From assembly GCA_004764695.1 (NCBI GenBank), contig SMSO01000032.1, positions 8,464,483-8,528,482 of the forward strand: DNA of 64,000 bases. Direction: 5' to 3'. A model generated the notes under the pieces. That model was not told where the DNA came from, searched no databases, and was given only the letters and a program-made list of their open reading frames with translations. Numbering within the stretch: the stretch's first letter is position 1; every line of letters begins with the position of its first letter. This stretch comes from Schizochytrium sp. TIO01. Taxonomy: Eukaryota; Protista; Bigyra: Labyrinthulomycetes. Positions 1-12,461 of the stretch are shown in pieces. The translations under genes and the position numbers were made by a program.

Positions 1-3000
1 TACCAGGCTCCCGAGGGCTGCCTATCTCCCCAGAGGCTTCGACCCAAGCTGGCCAGGCCAGCCAGTGTCTTCTTCCTCACTTGCCCAGGATCGACTTGGA
101 GTCCGAGCTCATGAGGCAAGTTCAACGCGTTCAAGCTCGACGGAGCTAGCTATAGCTGACTAGCCCAGCTTGCGGAGGGATGAATACCCACGCATGTAGC
201 TCTCGCGGGATGAGCTCACCGCTGCGGACTTGAAGTGCACAAGCGACAGAGCGAGGATTACAAATTCATGATCTTTTGAACCTCATTCGTGATCTCCAAA
301 GTGTCAGAGTCTGCCTGCATTTTTGATGGCGCTAGCAAACTTTCTCTGCTTACTGGTCATGCATGTATGATATATTTACAAAGCGTTACCAAAGTTGAAC
401 TCAAGCAGAAGACCCTAGACTTTGACGATGTCGCTATGCAAACCAGATGATTGATTACCTATGATGATGAGAGTGCCGTGAGCGACCAGGACGAAATTAA
501 ACTGTTGTTCCTTAGAGAGAAGGTCGCGGGCCACTGGCGCGGCCACCAGCGCGGCGAGAATACGAGATGAGGAAGGAGATTAGGTAGCTAGGTGGTATTT
601 AAGCAAGGTTAAGGAAGGAGGCCTTTTGGAGGTTTACGAAGGTGCAACAGTTCGTTGCCTCCGACACGCGAGCCATTTCCTGCTCCGAGTTCCAGTTGTG
701 CTGGTTTACAAATTGCAAGTTGACAAGTTTCATTTGAACGGGATGGTTTGCAATCTCGTTGGCCACAACCTGCGGCTATGTTCAATTCTCGCCATCTAGA
801 CCAAAGCACCTAAGGAATTTACCCTGGGGAACAAATAAACATTCCTAATGATTTGTAAACTATAGCAGACAAAAGCAAACTTGAGCAATATGCTACGTTC
901 ATAGTTTAATTCTTTCTTTTTTTTTAAGACAGTTGATGTGATTATGTTGCGCTATTACTTGCTCGTCCTTTAAAAGGCTCCAGGATCGCACATTGGCCCT
1001 ATATAATCGATATTTGTCCTGGCCTATGCCTATCAAATAAAGTTCACATTATTACTCTACTACACTTTAGGACAAAGCAGTTTACACTTGGCAATATCTT
1101 TGAAGATAAGTATAGTGGTACTTCTGTAAGCCTTCATGACAAACATTTAGGAGCACTAGTGGTAATTTCCTGCTCTCTCTAGTCGTGAACTGCTTCTGTA
1201 TATTATGCCACAACCTCTGGCTATGGTGGCGCCTTCGCAAATATGCTTGCTATGTAAATGTAGGCTTCAAATTTAGGTGAGGAAGTGAACTTGAAGTACT
1301 TGTTTTCACAGAAAATGAAAACGTGCTATCAAACATAGTATGATCGTGCAATCTTGGAAATGATCTCAAATGAATAATGTGTTGTGAAATGGAATGTAAT
1401 AGGGATTCATTTTGTCATCTGTGATAAGATATATAGACATTTTCAATCTTGCGTAGATTCTTGCAATTCGAAATGCAGTCCAATGTCTGTTACGCTGCGC
1501 AGACTCAGTCCTAGGTAAATAAAATTCATTTAGGTATGCGAAAAACTTAATAAAAAAACAGCTGGTTGCTCATGAATGCACGGCCTTTTCTACATAGAGG
1601 CCTGACTTCTCCACAGGGGCAGCAGAGTGCAACATAGAAATCACTTGATCCCTTTGCTTCAACTATGTATATTTTTTTATCATAGGTTACAAGACTCTAT
1701 AATCGTACGGTTGAAAGTCTGTTCAAGCCTCAAAATGCATTTGGGAGCAACGTTCCAGTCAGAAGTCAGAGAATTTGACCAATATGCTTCGATTTGCGGT
1801 AATTCGATTTGACTATTGGAGAGGTCTTGTGTTTCAGAGCATGTTAGTCATAGCTTGCTTAATAATCCGTAAATTTCATCATAATATTAATTTCTTGAAC
1901 AAACATGTGACTTAGAAAACTTCAAAAACAAATTTGTTGAGAAGGCAATTGCGAATCCTTCGTAGACTTTCTACCTATTCAGTGTGGTGTAAGCCAGGTT
2001 GAGAAAGTACATATATCGTGCACACAATCGAGCTAGGGCTTATTCGCTTTTTGTGCGAAATGATTGTGGACTCAAAATTCTGCTGCCCTCGGTAACATGT
2101 TACTACGTTATTATAAAGGGTTTGATGGTGAATTCGCACCTAAAAGAGGCGCTATTGGTATCACATGAAGCAAATATTTTTGGCGTCGTACTCTCGACAT
2201 ACCCTACATAGGGAGGAAACATATTCTCCTAAATTTATGTTGAATTCTGAAAACTGATACTACTTCTCGAAATAAAGCATGTGGAATCTTTGAGAAGTAA
2301 GAATTTGAGACCAAAGTCCACAATGTGAGCTCAGAAGAGGACTCGTCATTCAACAACAAAATTTAGCAAAACAGGCCTACTGTGACGAAAGCTTCTCTAT
2401 CAAAGGTGCTGGGAACTCCTATCGTCGAAGTAAATTGTGGCCAAACGATGGCTAGAGTTCTTGATGTACCATTATAAGCCCTAAACAATTGAGAACTTGC
2501 ATAGGTTCAAAACTAGATAATTAAACGCGCGCTTGTGAACTCAAGATACCTGAGAGCTAAAAGTGGACTTACCTATTCGCTAGAACCAAGAAGAGATCAC
2601 TTTACCTAACTTCTTTAATTATGTCTAGTGCAGATTGAATCGGTCTTAGTTTCCTAATTGTAACATGAACCAATCTGCCCTCCACAGGCAACAGATCGCA
2701 AACACTTACAGCTAAAGTTTATCAAGCCTTCCTCAAGCCTCTCGTTCTGTCATCGTAGTCACTCCTAGTCGTCTCTCAGCAAAAGAACAAAAGATAAACA
2801 CGATGAACTTTTGAAAAACAAAGACAACAGAGAAGCGCTCGGGCACAATTGTTTGCACATCGTGTTTGGTAGTATCTAATAAATCAAGTTGTACTTTTAC
2901 CACCAAACCATAAGCTACATTGCAACAGATACGACTTGACAGTTGTCATGAAACCAAGCTTCGTCAAGCATTGCGACCCAGCCCATTTATGCAGTAGCGT

Positions 3001-5541
3001 TAAAATTCTGCGGTTAACAGATAGCTGATTTAAAATGCTATCTTTAAACGTTGTATTAAACTTTACCTAGCAGCGGATTATCCTTGTGATCAATTCTAGC
3101 TGCCAGACCTTCAGTATCGATTAAATCTCTGCTGGCTCCTTCGGCATGCAAGACGACTATCCGTGCCACAAATAAAGCTAAAAATCACACAACATAAACG
3201 GGAAGAGATTGGTGAAAGAGAAATTGAGAATACTCATTAATTGGAGCTCACAACCTTGAACTGAGAAGTCATGGACAGGCTACGCTTTCAATCCAAGCTT
3301 GTTTGATTTGTACCAAGTACAGATATTTGGATATGCATTGACTACGATGCATGCAATGTTAGGCGATTTGACTGTGAGCCGCTTACATGACTAAACTTTC
3401 TCATGGAGTTATCATGCCTCGACTTCATTTTTAAGAGTGAAGGTGCTATCATTGTACAAACTATACTGCTTTGAAAGAAGTGTGTGTCTCTTGAAGATTA
3501 TTGTTGTAGTTGTTGTTTCCTATGGTAGCTTGACTTTAAGATACGCGCAGCCATCAAGACTTAAAGTCTTGAGGGTAAGGAAGTATAGACACGACGCGCT
3601 GTAGCATCCCCAAATATGTTGTGCTGCGAATTCAGGCATTCAAAGCATTTTCTTTAGACGATGTGAGCCTACCCTTTACAACAACGGAGAAGTTTGAATG
3701 GCGACAACTATCTTACGCTTTGTATATTACAAGAGTACGCAAAGTCAATGCTGAAGTCTTTGGGGAGGAAGCGGGCTTGACAATCACCTGTAGTACTAAA
3801 AAAGGTTAGATATTTGCGCGCTTGATAGCCTCTGAATTTGGGGAAGCCACCACGCCCGCTGAAATTATGAAGATTATTAAGAAAGCGATAGCTTTTCAGT
3901 AGTCAAAGTAGTATTTGAGTCTCCATGAAAGAGCACACGTAGACTCTTTGATACAAATTATCATTTATAATCGATCATTCATCTGTAAGTTTGCACAACA
4001 TGTGCTCAATTGGTGCAGCCTTTTTTAGGCTATAGTTTAGGAAAATTAGGCACGAAATTAGCGTCGTCAGAATAACGAAAACTGAGAAGGTTTATGTTCA
4101 TAGACATGGAATTCCTCTGATCAACATTTACTTTACTGGACAGATATCCACGCCATACCGTATCTCAACCTACCATCAAAAAGCAAAAAACTACTATATT
4201 TCCGAGAGTCTCCGCTTTCTATCAGCCAAATCTGGTTGAGCGAGAAACCAATTTGATTTTACCATCCATTTAAACGGATTCATTGTGAACCCAGCAATAG
4301 TACACAATGTGGTTTCTCAAACGCAATGGTGGAGTGGAAACGTCGATTTTCTACGTGCTGGGATTTTTTATCCAAGACATATGCGGGCAGTAAAGTGCTA
4401 GAGAGAGTGCTATTCTACTGAATGTCCAAAGGATCGGGTTTAGTTTATAGTTAAGATTTGCCAAGCTTTTACGAGGCTGGAAACTCCAATAATTGAAAGT
4501 GTAAAGTCAGTATGGTGACATGTACACTGTTGGATACAGAGATAAGTCAACCTCCCCTCCTCAGTTATGTGGAATACAGATAGAGTCTTCCCCAGCCTCA
4601 CAATTACGTCTGAACTGAATAGACCCATTGCAAGGTCCGTCGACCATGACTGACTCTAACAGTCCAACTTTAGAAAAGTCTTTCTAACTCTCCTTCAAGG
4701 CTCAGAACTTATCGCATTCGTTTTGCCAGTCAGCTCAACTCTCAGCACTACATGACAGTCTCCGCCCTTCCTCTTGCAAGAAAGGACTCATCGAAATAGT
4801 GTAAATATGTACTTTATGACTAGAGAGGGATTTATTAGCAAGATGATTGCAAGATGTTTAAAGGCTTGAAGAAAGGTTAGTGAAACTTTCGAAACTGGAC
4901 TGCTACAATCAGCAATTTGCTGACCTTGGAACAGGACCTGAAGATATTAAATTTTAATTTTGAGACTACAACAGATTTGATATTGAGCACGCAAAATTGT
5001 AGAGACAAAATTTTTCATCTCTTTCACCATCAATTTTATTTTCATCCATATACCTATATATGTCTGTATATCTACGATCTTGCATACCTTGGTTTCTCTA
5101 CCGTATTTCTGCTGGGTGCTTAATTTGACTCTTGTACATTCACATAAACGCTACGACTTGTGATAATCTGGGAGATGCATTATTTACAAGATTTTTTGAC
5201 TGGTGACCTTGGCAGAAAGATACTAACACAGTCAATAACCCCCAGAAATGGAAGGGTCAGTGGTCTATGTATACAATGAAGCAGGTCGCAGTCTAAATGT
5301 GTGACAGGAATATCGAAGTTTAACGATGGTCAACAACAACAACAAATGATTTTGTCTAATTCATTTGGTATTTCGACTGGACCACTTCAGCTTAGGAATA
5401 GAAGAAAACATCCAATTCCAAGTTCGCAAAGTCAGAAGATAGGTCATAGCCTCATTTCTCCCACACGTGTAAGCTTGAAGACAAAAACAACCTTACATTC
5501 GAAGGGAAAGATAGCAAAAAGAGAAAAGATAGTGAATCTGT

Positions 5542-5957
5542 TGCTGAAAGGTGATACTGATTAGCGTGAGGTTGACTGTAAAGATGAAGGCAAGAAGCTT
5601 GATGAAGGTTATAAGAAGGTTGATTTAAGTGTTAGCGAACTGCTGTCCTGAGGAATGAATTCCAGGACAGATGGATTCATGTAGTAATTAGGGAGATTAA
5701 GATATTCTTGAATGTGGTTAGAGATAATCGATGGGGTTAGGCTATCCAACCTTCTCCAACCATCGATTCAAGCTAAACCAAGCTTTGGTGTCGGTGATGT
5801 GTATTCACACTTATAGTTCTTGGCTTCAGCAGCCTCATGAGTCTGGCTGCTTATTCTTGTTCTAATTTAAACCTTATCTCTATTGGGTTTTACAAAGGGA
5901 CGCCAAGAACTCTAGCAATGTCTTGTCCACTAGTTCCTTCGATTGGAGATCTCAGCA
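5542..5957. mobile_element. Probable solo LTR, copy 1 (about 416 bp)
   Basis: Starts TGCTGA and ends TCAGCA (TG...CA with a 6-bp inverted terminus). Aligns along its length with 57891-58295, e.g. TGAGGTTGACTGTAAAGATGAAGG and GTTCCTTCGATTGGAGATCTC. The flanks (TCTGT/GCTAT) match only partly, so no clean TSD. Confidence 0.6.
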
Positions 5958-8931
5958 GCTATATGTAGGGAATCCAACTCAGAATTTCACATTAAAAAGT
6001 AAGGCAAATGGTTATTCGCAAAGAGTTCTAGCAGAGAATTCCGAAAGAATTAAGAAATGTTTTGGGTGACTGTGCTATACACTATCGAATTTTAAATTTG
6101 ATGCCTATAATGAGGATTGGAGTTACAAACATCAATAAATTCTCATATCAGGAGAAATATTGAGCAGGAAACATAACCAGCACCAAGGTAATCGCGGAGT
6201 CTTGACATTCATGCATTCATATGACGGGTTAAAAAGAGCTCCTCTTGGTCTCACGAAGTATTGCCCTAACATTGTTTTCTCAGTAAGAGAGCGACGTTTT
6301 AAAGCAAAACAACTTCTCTACGCATCCTATTACTTTCAGCTGGCTCGTACAAAAGAATTAAATCTAGAGCCCTTACCACTCACATGTCATCAGTAAGCTT
6401 TACAGGATATGCAGCCAGCAAAGTAACTTATGAACAGCTCTGGCGAATATATTGCCACTAGCTGATGAGCTCTTCAAGTGAATTAGTCTGAAGATGGTAG
6501 CGAGATCTCTTTGCACTGTATTTCAATGCTGGCTGCTAGGTCCGACGCATGTATAATTGGAAGACGATACGAAACCTCCCATATAGTGCGGTATGTCATA
6601 GAATTGAGTCGGTACTTAGAGAATAGTTCTATTTTTCGTCTCAACAAGACTATCCTAGAAAGCATACGTATGAATTAGCTCACCGCACGTTATCCAACTT
6701 TACTATTAACCCTCAGGACTGAACTATGGGGTTAAATCCTTCGATGTATAATAATACATTTGATTTGCGGACAAAATCACCCCTCCCAGAAAAGTGAAAG
6801 ACAGACTCCAAGAGGAAAATGTAAAATATGAACTATCAAAGGACTCAACCAGCTGTTTATGACTGTTAAGAAAATAACCAGTAGACAATCCAAACCATTA
6901 TCAAGGAAGTCATATAGATATTTGGCTGAGAAAATGGAAGGAAAGTCTTCGAGTACGCGCGGGTGGCTTTTTTATTGCGAACCTTTTAAACAGAACATTG
7001 CGTTGTTTTGCATACCTAGGTTTCTGTTAGTACCTGTGAGGAGGCACTTTTTCCTTTTGAGCAGAGCCACAGGGAACCATTCTTGATTGAACATACTGAA
7101 CAACAAGCGAAGGTTGAGCAGAAAGACTCAGATGTGACTTGTGTAAGATCATTTATTTGTTGCCGTTGAGTAACAAATCGTGCGAAATGAAGGGTTTCTT
7201 ATCGGGGATACTTGACTTTGGAAACATATGCTTTCTGCATATATTAGTAGAAAACATAGCTACCTCGATTGAAGTAGTTTGATCCTTCCCACCTGAAGAG
7301 ATTGTTCTCGAGAAAATCGTTCCTTATAGAAACATCACGCGCTTCACGAAGCGTATTATGCGCAAACATCGCTGTGCAATATAGTGTTTTGAGGTCAGTT
7401 TCTTCTTCAAACCATACGAATAGGAGACACGCGTTTCAAGCGAGAGTCTCCTAACGCAAAGGACAATGAGTTCTATGCACGGTGTACACTTGGCCAAGTT
7501 CTATGTGGTCGCACAGCTTGTGATAACAGAAGTTCTCGTGGATCTCGGGGTCCTATTCTGGGGAAGCTAGTCACTTCCCAAGGATCATCAGCCCTTAAAT
7601 TCTCCAATCTTTGTAAGACGTGCTGTAATTGTGGGGCGGTGAAGGTACCTAGCTCACCCATCGACATCCTTATTCTTCGTAATGTACTTCTAGGTTTCTA
7701 TCATGGCATGCTTGGTCATTAGGGCTTGTTTGTGACCGTCAAGAACTGAATTCTGTGGGTCAAAATTTGTGGTACCTGCACACACCCGTTCTCTTCTGAA
7801 GGGGTGCTCAGAACTCTGATTGCAGCGAATTGTTCACCCAGACCGTGAGACAGCGGACGCTGTACACTCTAGGTACTCATAAGGTCATTTGTCAATGCTT
7901 CCCCTGTGTCGTGCTGCTGTTGTTGTCATCATTATATGTGGTGGTTTGGGACCCGCACAAAATTTTGTGATCAAGAACAAGTGAACGAGAACAATAAAAG
8001 AAAATAGCATTATTATTATCATTATTATTATTATTATTGAAACCAAAAAAATTAATATATTACTCTGTGGGGGTGGTGGGCTCGAATTCGTACGTGCATC
8101 ATCTTGATAGTTGTTGTGCTCTCAAGGTAGTGGGCAGTGTATGGTGCGTTGATTGGTGCTCGTAACCATTGTGACACAGCTGGTTTCCTGGAGGGCACAA
8201 AGTTTTAAAGTGAACGGGGGACAAACAAGAAAAAAGAGATACGTTGCAATTTCCTATTATATCTACTTACTAGCTATACTAAGCGAAAGCGAAAGTTTGT
8301 GCCGCCCAACGAGTTGCGAAGGTGCAGGTTGGTCATCTTTGTGCCCATCATGAGACCAAAGCAACTGATGTGGGCATTCACAACGTCGTAGATGACTACG
8401 TCAATAGAAACAATTCTGGCACGTCAGTCTATTGAGACTCTCGCTGCAGAGACAATCCTGGTTTAGTGATACGATTCGAAATAAGAAAACTGCACCAAAT
8501 TTACCAAGTCTGTATCGATCGAGGCGCACAGGAGAAAGCACTCATTCGCGAGAATACGTGAACATTGATTTGGGAGCGAAGTAAGTGTCAAGGCCAACAA
8601 GAGAATAAATGAGAAGGCGAGAAAAGAAAAGGTAGGTACTAGTGAAATAATCGATTCATACGTTGGTTTTGTACTCGTGTTGTGTGAAATTATGGAGATC
8701 GGGAAAAAGGGGGGAGGAGTGCGCGAAGGCTACGATCCATGTCTCTATGGATTGAGCAAAGATTGATTGCTTAATTGAGCGAGCCTTGGGCGCCGAAAAT
8801 GTGGTCAGTCAGGGGTCTACGGCAGGGCATGACTGCATGCCTGCGTGTCAGTCAGTAAGTCATTCATTCAGACGGTCTGTATTGTTTCTGTCGATCCGTC
8901 TGTTTGTATGTGATGATGAAGATCCCCTCGC

Positions 8932-9999
8932 TCATTTCCTGGTCAGGAAGAGGAAGTCAGCGAGAACTCCCGCGGCGGTAACCTCGAGTCCTGCGCCAGG
9001 TCCGCGAACGACCGTGGGTGAGTTGTTGTACCATTTTGAGGAAAAGGAGACCAAGTTGTCGGTTCCCTGGAGACTGGCGAGAGGTGCGTCAGACTTGACC
9101 TGGACGAGGCCAACGGAGATGGGCTTGCCGGGCTCCACGACCGCTGCGTATCTGAGCATCTCGTTGGCCTCGGACGCCTTCCTGACCTTGGCATCAATCT
9201 CGTCATCGAGCTCAGGGAGACGGTCCATGAACTCGTCGAGCGGGAGGTCCGCAAAGGATGACGGGTAGAGGGCCTCCACGGTGAGCTGGTCCATGGAGAT
9301 GTCCTCGCCCATGGTGCGGGCAAGGATGAGAGCCTTCCTGGCAACATCAGTGCCGCTGAGGTCATCTCTGGGGTCGGGCTCAGTGAAGCCCTGAGCCTTG
9401 GCCTCGCGCACGATGTCGCTGAACTTGCCACCCTGCTGGAGTGCAGAGAGGATGTATCCGAGGGTGCCGGAGAGCTGGCCCTCAGCGCGAGTGACCTCGT
9501 CGCCGGAGTCGATCATGCGCTGGAGGGTGCAGATGACGGGGAGACCAGCACCAACGGTGGCCTCGTAGCCGATGAGGGAGGGGTCAGCGGTGAGTGCGCG
9601 GAAAGCAGCAAGGTCCTCACTGAGGGGCTTCTTGTTGGCGAGCGAGATGGGGAGCTTGAGCTTGAGCGCGTCAAGAAGGTAGTCCTCGGCGGCGTTGGCG
9701 TTGGCGGAGGTGTCGGCAACACCGGGCTTGCCGGGGAGCTTGGCCATGAAGGCGACAGCCTCCTTGGGGGTAGAGACACGGGCATCAGCGACGCTGGCGG
9801 CGGCCTCTGCGAGCTTGACGCCGCCGGCCTTGGCCTCGCCGAGTGTGCGAAGATCGTCAGACGTCAGGCCAGAGGACTTAACGATGGCGGCAGAGGAGTC
9901 AGCGACCACGGGAACGGCGCAGCCCACTGCGAGGGCTTGCTCGCAAAGCACGCGGCCTACATTTCCAAAGCCGAAAACGGCGAGCGAACGTCCTGCCAT
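8932..9999 (-). CDS. Homoserine dehydrogenase, stand-alone, about 355 aa from MAGRSLAVFGFGNVG. The frame is open further upstream (ATG at 10464).
   Basis: Rossmann GFGNVG motif, LANKKPL, YEATVGAGLPVI, GFTEPDPRDDLSGTDVARKALILAR and RGPGAGLEVTAAGVLADF are the hallmark HSD motifs of HOM6 and the ThrA C-terminal domain. Strong GC3 codon bias. Confidence 0.93.
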   Translation of the reverse strand: MAGRSLAVFGFGNVGRVLCEQALAVGCAVPVVADSSAAIVKSSGLTSDDLRTLGEAKAGGVKLAEAAASVADARVSTPKEAVAFMAKLPGKPGVADTSANANAAEDYLLDALKLKLPISLANKKPLSEDLAAFRALTADPSLIGYEATVGAGLPVICTLQRMIDSGDEVTRAEGQLSGTLGYILSALQQGGKFSDIVREAKAQGFTEPDPRDDLSGTDVARKALILARTMGEDISMDQLTVEALYPSSFADLPLDEFMDRLPELDDEIDAKVRKASEANEMLRYAAVVEPGKPISVGLVQVKSDAPLASLQGTDNLVSFSSKWYNNSPTVVRGPGAGLEVTAAGVLADFLFLTRK

Positions 10000-10920
10000 G
10001 CTGCTGCTGCTGTCGCTGCTGCTGCTAAGCCCCGCGTCCGATACGAGGTCCCGCGGACCCAGGTTTTCGCCAATCTTGCCTGTCGCTGCGAATACGCTCT
10101 TGCAGGTCTCAGGGACCCCTTGCAAGCGGTACTGCTGGGTCTCGCACGCTTTGGCGTCCAAACCCTTCGAGTCCTCGCCCGCAAACTTTACCGCCTGCGC
10201 GTCTTCCTCCTCCTCGTTATCCTTCTGCTGCGCCTCCTTCGCGAGCGCCTTCTTCGCCTTCTCTTCCGCCGTCTCCTCAGATGGTGCTTCTTCTCCTCTG
10301 CCTAAACCAGAACTGCTGCCATTGCAGAGCCGCCGCGGAGAGCGCCCCGCAGCGCATGCGCCCTTCTCCCCCTCTCTACGCCCCCGCACATCGCACCAAA
10401 AAGCTTCTCCGCGCGCACTGCGGGCGCATCTGTGGTAGTGATCTACATTGCTATCTTCCCGCATCTCCCCCCGCACTCCGCATCCGCGGCGAAGGCGTAT
10501 GAGAGGGCGTCGCGAGGTTTCCAGTGGGCCAGGGTGTGGGACAGTGGGGTGGTGGGGAAAGGTTCGCGGTGTGTGAGGGCAGCCTGCCACCACACCGGCC
10601 CTCGGCGCGGGCGGGGTGGGGGGCCCGCAGCGCGCGTTGTGGGGGAACCCACTAAGGAGCACCTGCACGCAACCTTGTTTGGGTGGCGGCGGCGCTCGAG
10701 GCAACGGCGACGAAACGATCGCGGCGGCAAGTTAGTTGACGGGTTCGCTCAAGCGGCAGGCGCCCTCTCTGTCCCTACCTGGCCAGAGGCCAGGCCGTGC
10801 GGCAGCTCCTGCTCTCGGCCTGCTCCAGCTCCACTTCCATCCTGCGTCGCGCCGGCGAAGGCGGATCTCGTGAAATTAGCTCTTCAAAGTGATCCTGCGC
10901 TCACTGATATTATTGTTGTG

Positions 10921-10992
10921 CATTCATTGCATTAGATTGCATTACAATGCATTGCATTGCATTGCATTACATTACATTACATTACATTGCAT
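10921..10992. repeat. (CATTG/CATTA)n pentanucleotide microsatellite
   Basis: Read directly from the sequence. Confidence 0.9.
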
Positions 10993-11746
10993 ATAATGTG
11001 ATAGGATACGAAATGATGCGAAGTGATATGGAGTGATATGGAGTGAGATGGAATGAAGTGAAGCGGGATGAGATGAGACGCTATGATATCATGTTTGTAC
11101 GCGTGTACGTGTCTCGTACGCGTCGCTTCGAGCGAATACTCTGCGATGTGAATGCCGATATGGGAGAGCTCAGATCACATGATGAGAAAGGCAAAGAAAG
11201 GCAAAGAAAGAAAGAAAGAAAGAAGGAAAACCCATGAGACAGCACGCTGATTTCAGGGGGGCACTTGGCAAGACCACACCCGTGACTACGCACAAAAGAA
11301 CATTCTCTGTCTCCCCGAGAATGGTCCGTATCCACAGGAAGCGGAAGAATCCAGGGCCCAAGGGGGCACAGGAGGAGTCAGACCATGGTGAGGGAGCGCG
11401 ACAACTCCCAAATACAGGGGGTACGACGCATCGCAAAAGAAAAGGAGAAGTGCCACCACACTGGTAGCAGTTTGTACTAGCCGAGACTAGCAGTCCCACT
11501 TCCTCCCCATCCTACTGCTCGCTAGGAACTCCTACGGCCCTCATGCTACTGCTGAGGAGGGAGGGCTAGAAGGCCCCACAGTGGCCCCGCAGCGCGTAGA
11601 CACGAGAGTCGAAAAAGAAAAGAAAAGGAGAGAAAAGAAAAGAAAAGGAAAAAGAGAAAAGGCACTAGCTGGGCGCTAGGACCTGCTAGCTGGCCTCGTA
11701 GGCTTTACTCTTAGCAGCGATAGTGAGTCTTTCTCACTCAACTTCG

Positions 11747-11794
11747 ATGATTGATTGATTGATTGATTGATTGATCGATTGATTGATCGATTGA
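11747..11794. repeat. (GATT/GATC)n microsatellite
   Basis: Read directly from the sequence. Confidence 0.9.
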
Positions 11795-11989
11795 TACAGA
11801 TGGAGTCACGCCGTGCGCGCACTGAGCAGCGGAGCCTGCAGCGAGGCATCAGCGAAACAGATCACGGGCCCAGGCTCCCACGGAAGCCGCCAGAAACTCG
11901 CCGCGACGCCCAAAGCCACACGCAATCCAGGCCTACTCGCCGCGTCTTCCGCTAACTAAACAAACATTGCATTGCTTCACATGTCTTTT

Positions 11990-12046
11990 ATGCAATGTAA
12001 TGCGATGCAATGCAATGCAATGTAATGCAATGCAATGCAATGTAAT
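11990..12046. repeat. (ATGCA/ATGTA)n pentanucleotide microsatellite, reverse complement of the 10921 array
   Basis: Read directly from the sequence. Confidence 0.9.
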
Positions 12047-12421
12047 ACAGGGCAATAGTACAGGCGACTGGTGTCCCCGCGGTGTGGTGTTGTTTTGGTT
12101 TAGTTTACTGTGTTTGGACTTCTTTCCTTTCCTTTTCTTTTTCAGTTTGTTTGTTTGTTTGTTTATTTGTTTGGGCTTTGAGGTTGTTGAATGTTTGTTT
12201 GCGCTCTGGTTTGGGGTGGTTGAGGTTCGTGAATTGCCGAGGACTCGAGGGTGCAGAGGCAGCAGAAGGAGAGAGAAGACCTGCCAAGTGCAGCGCTGAC
12301 ACGAGCGAACCACCCCTGGCGAAAGGAGCGGCGATGATTTGTCCAGCCGGCTACTTGGACTCACTCCTCCGGCACATGGAAATAACGCAGGGTGCCGCTA
12401 CCGTGCACTGTGTACCAGTCA

Positions 12422-12422
<1 letters not shown>

Positions 12423-12459
<37 letters not shown>
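12423..12459. repeat. (TA)n microsatellite
   Basis: Read directly from the sequence. Confidence 0.95.

Positions 12460-12461
<2 letters not shown>

Noticed and set aside
1-8700. Short ORFs in the AT-rich region, possibly decayed transposon sequence
   Set aside because: I could not recognise RT, integrase or transposase motifs. A translated search would be needed.
10921-12046. Inverted CATTG/CAATG arrays as terminal inverted repeats of a transposon
   Set aside because: They are simple pentamer microsatellites with no defined termini or TSD.
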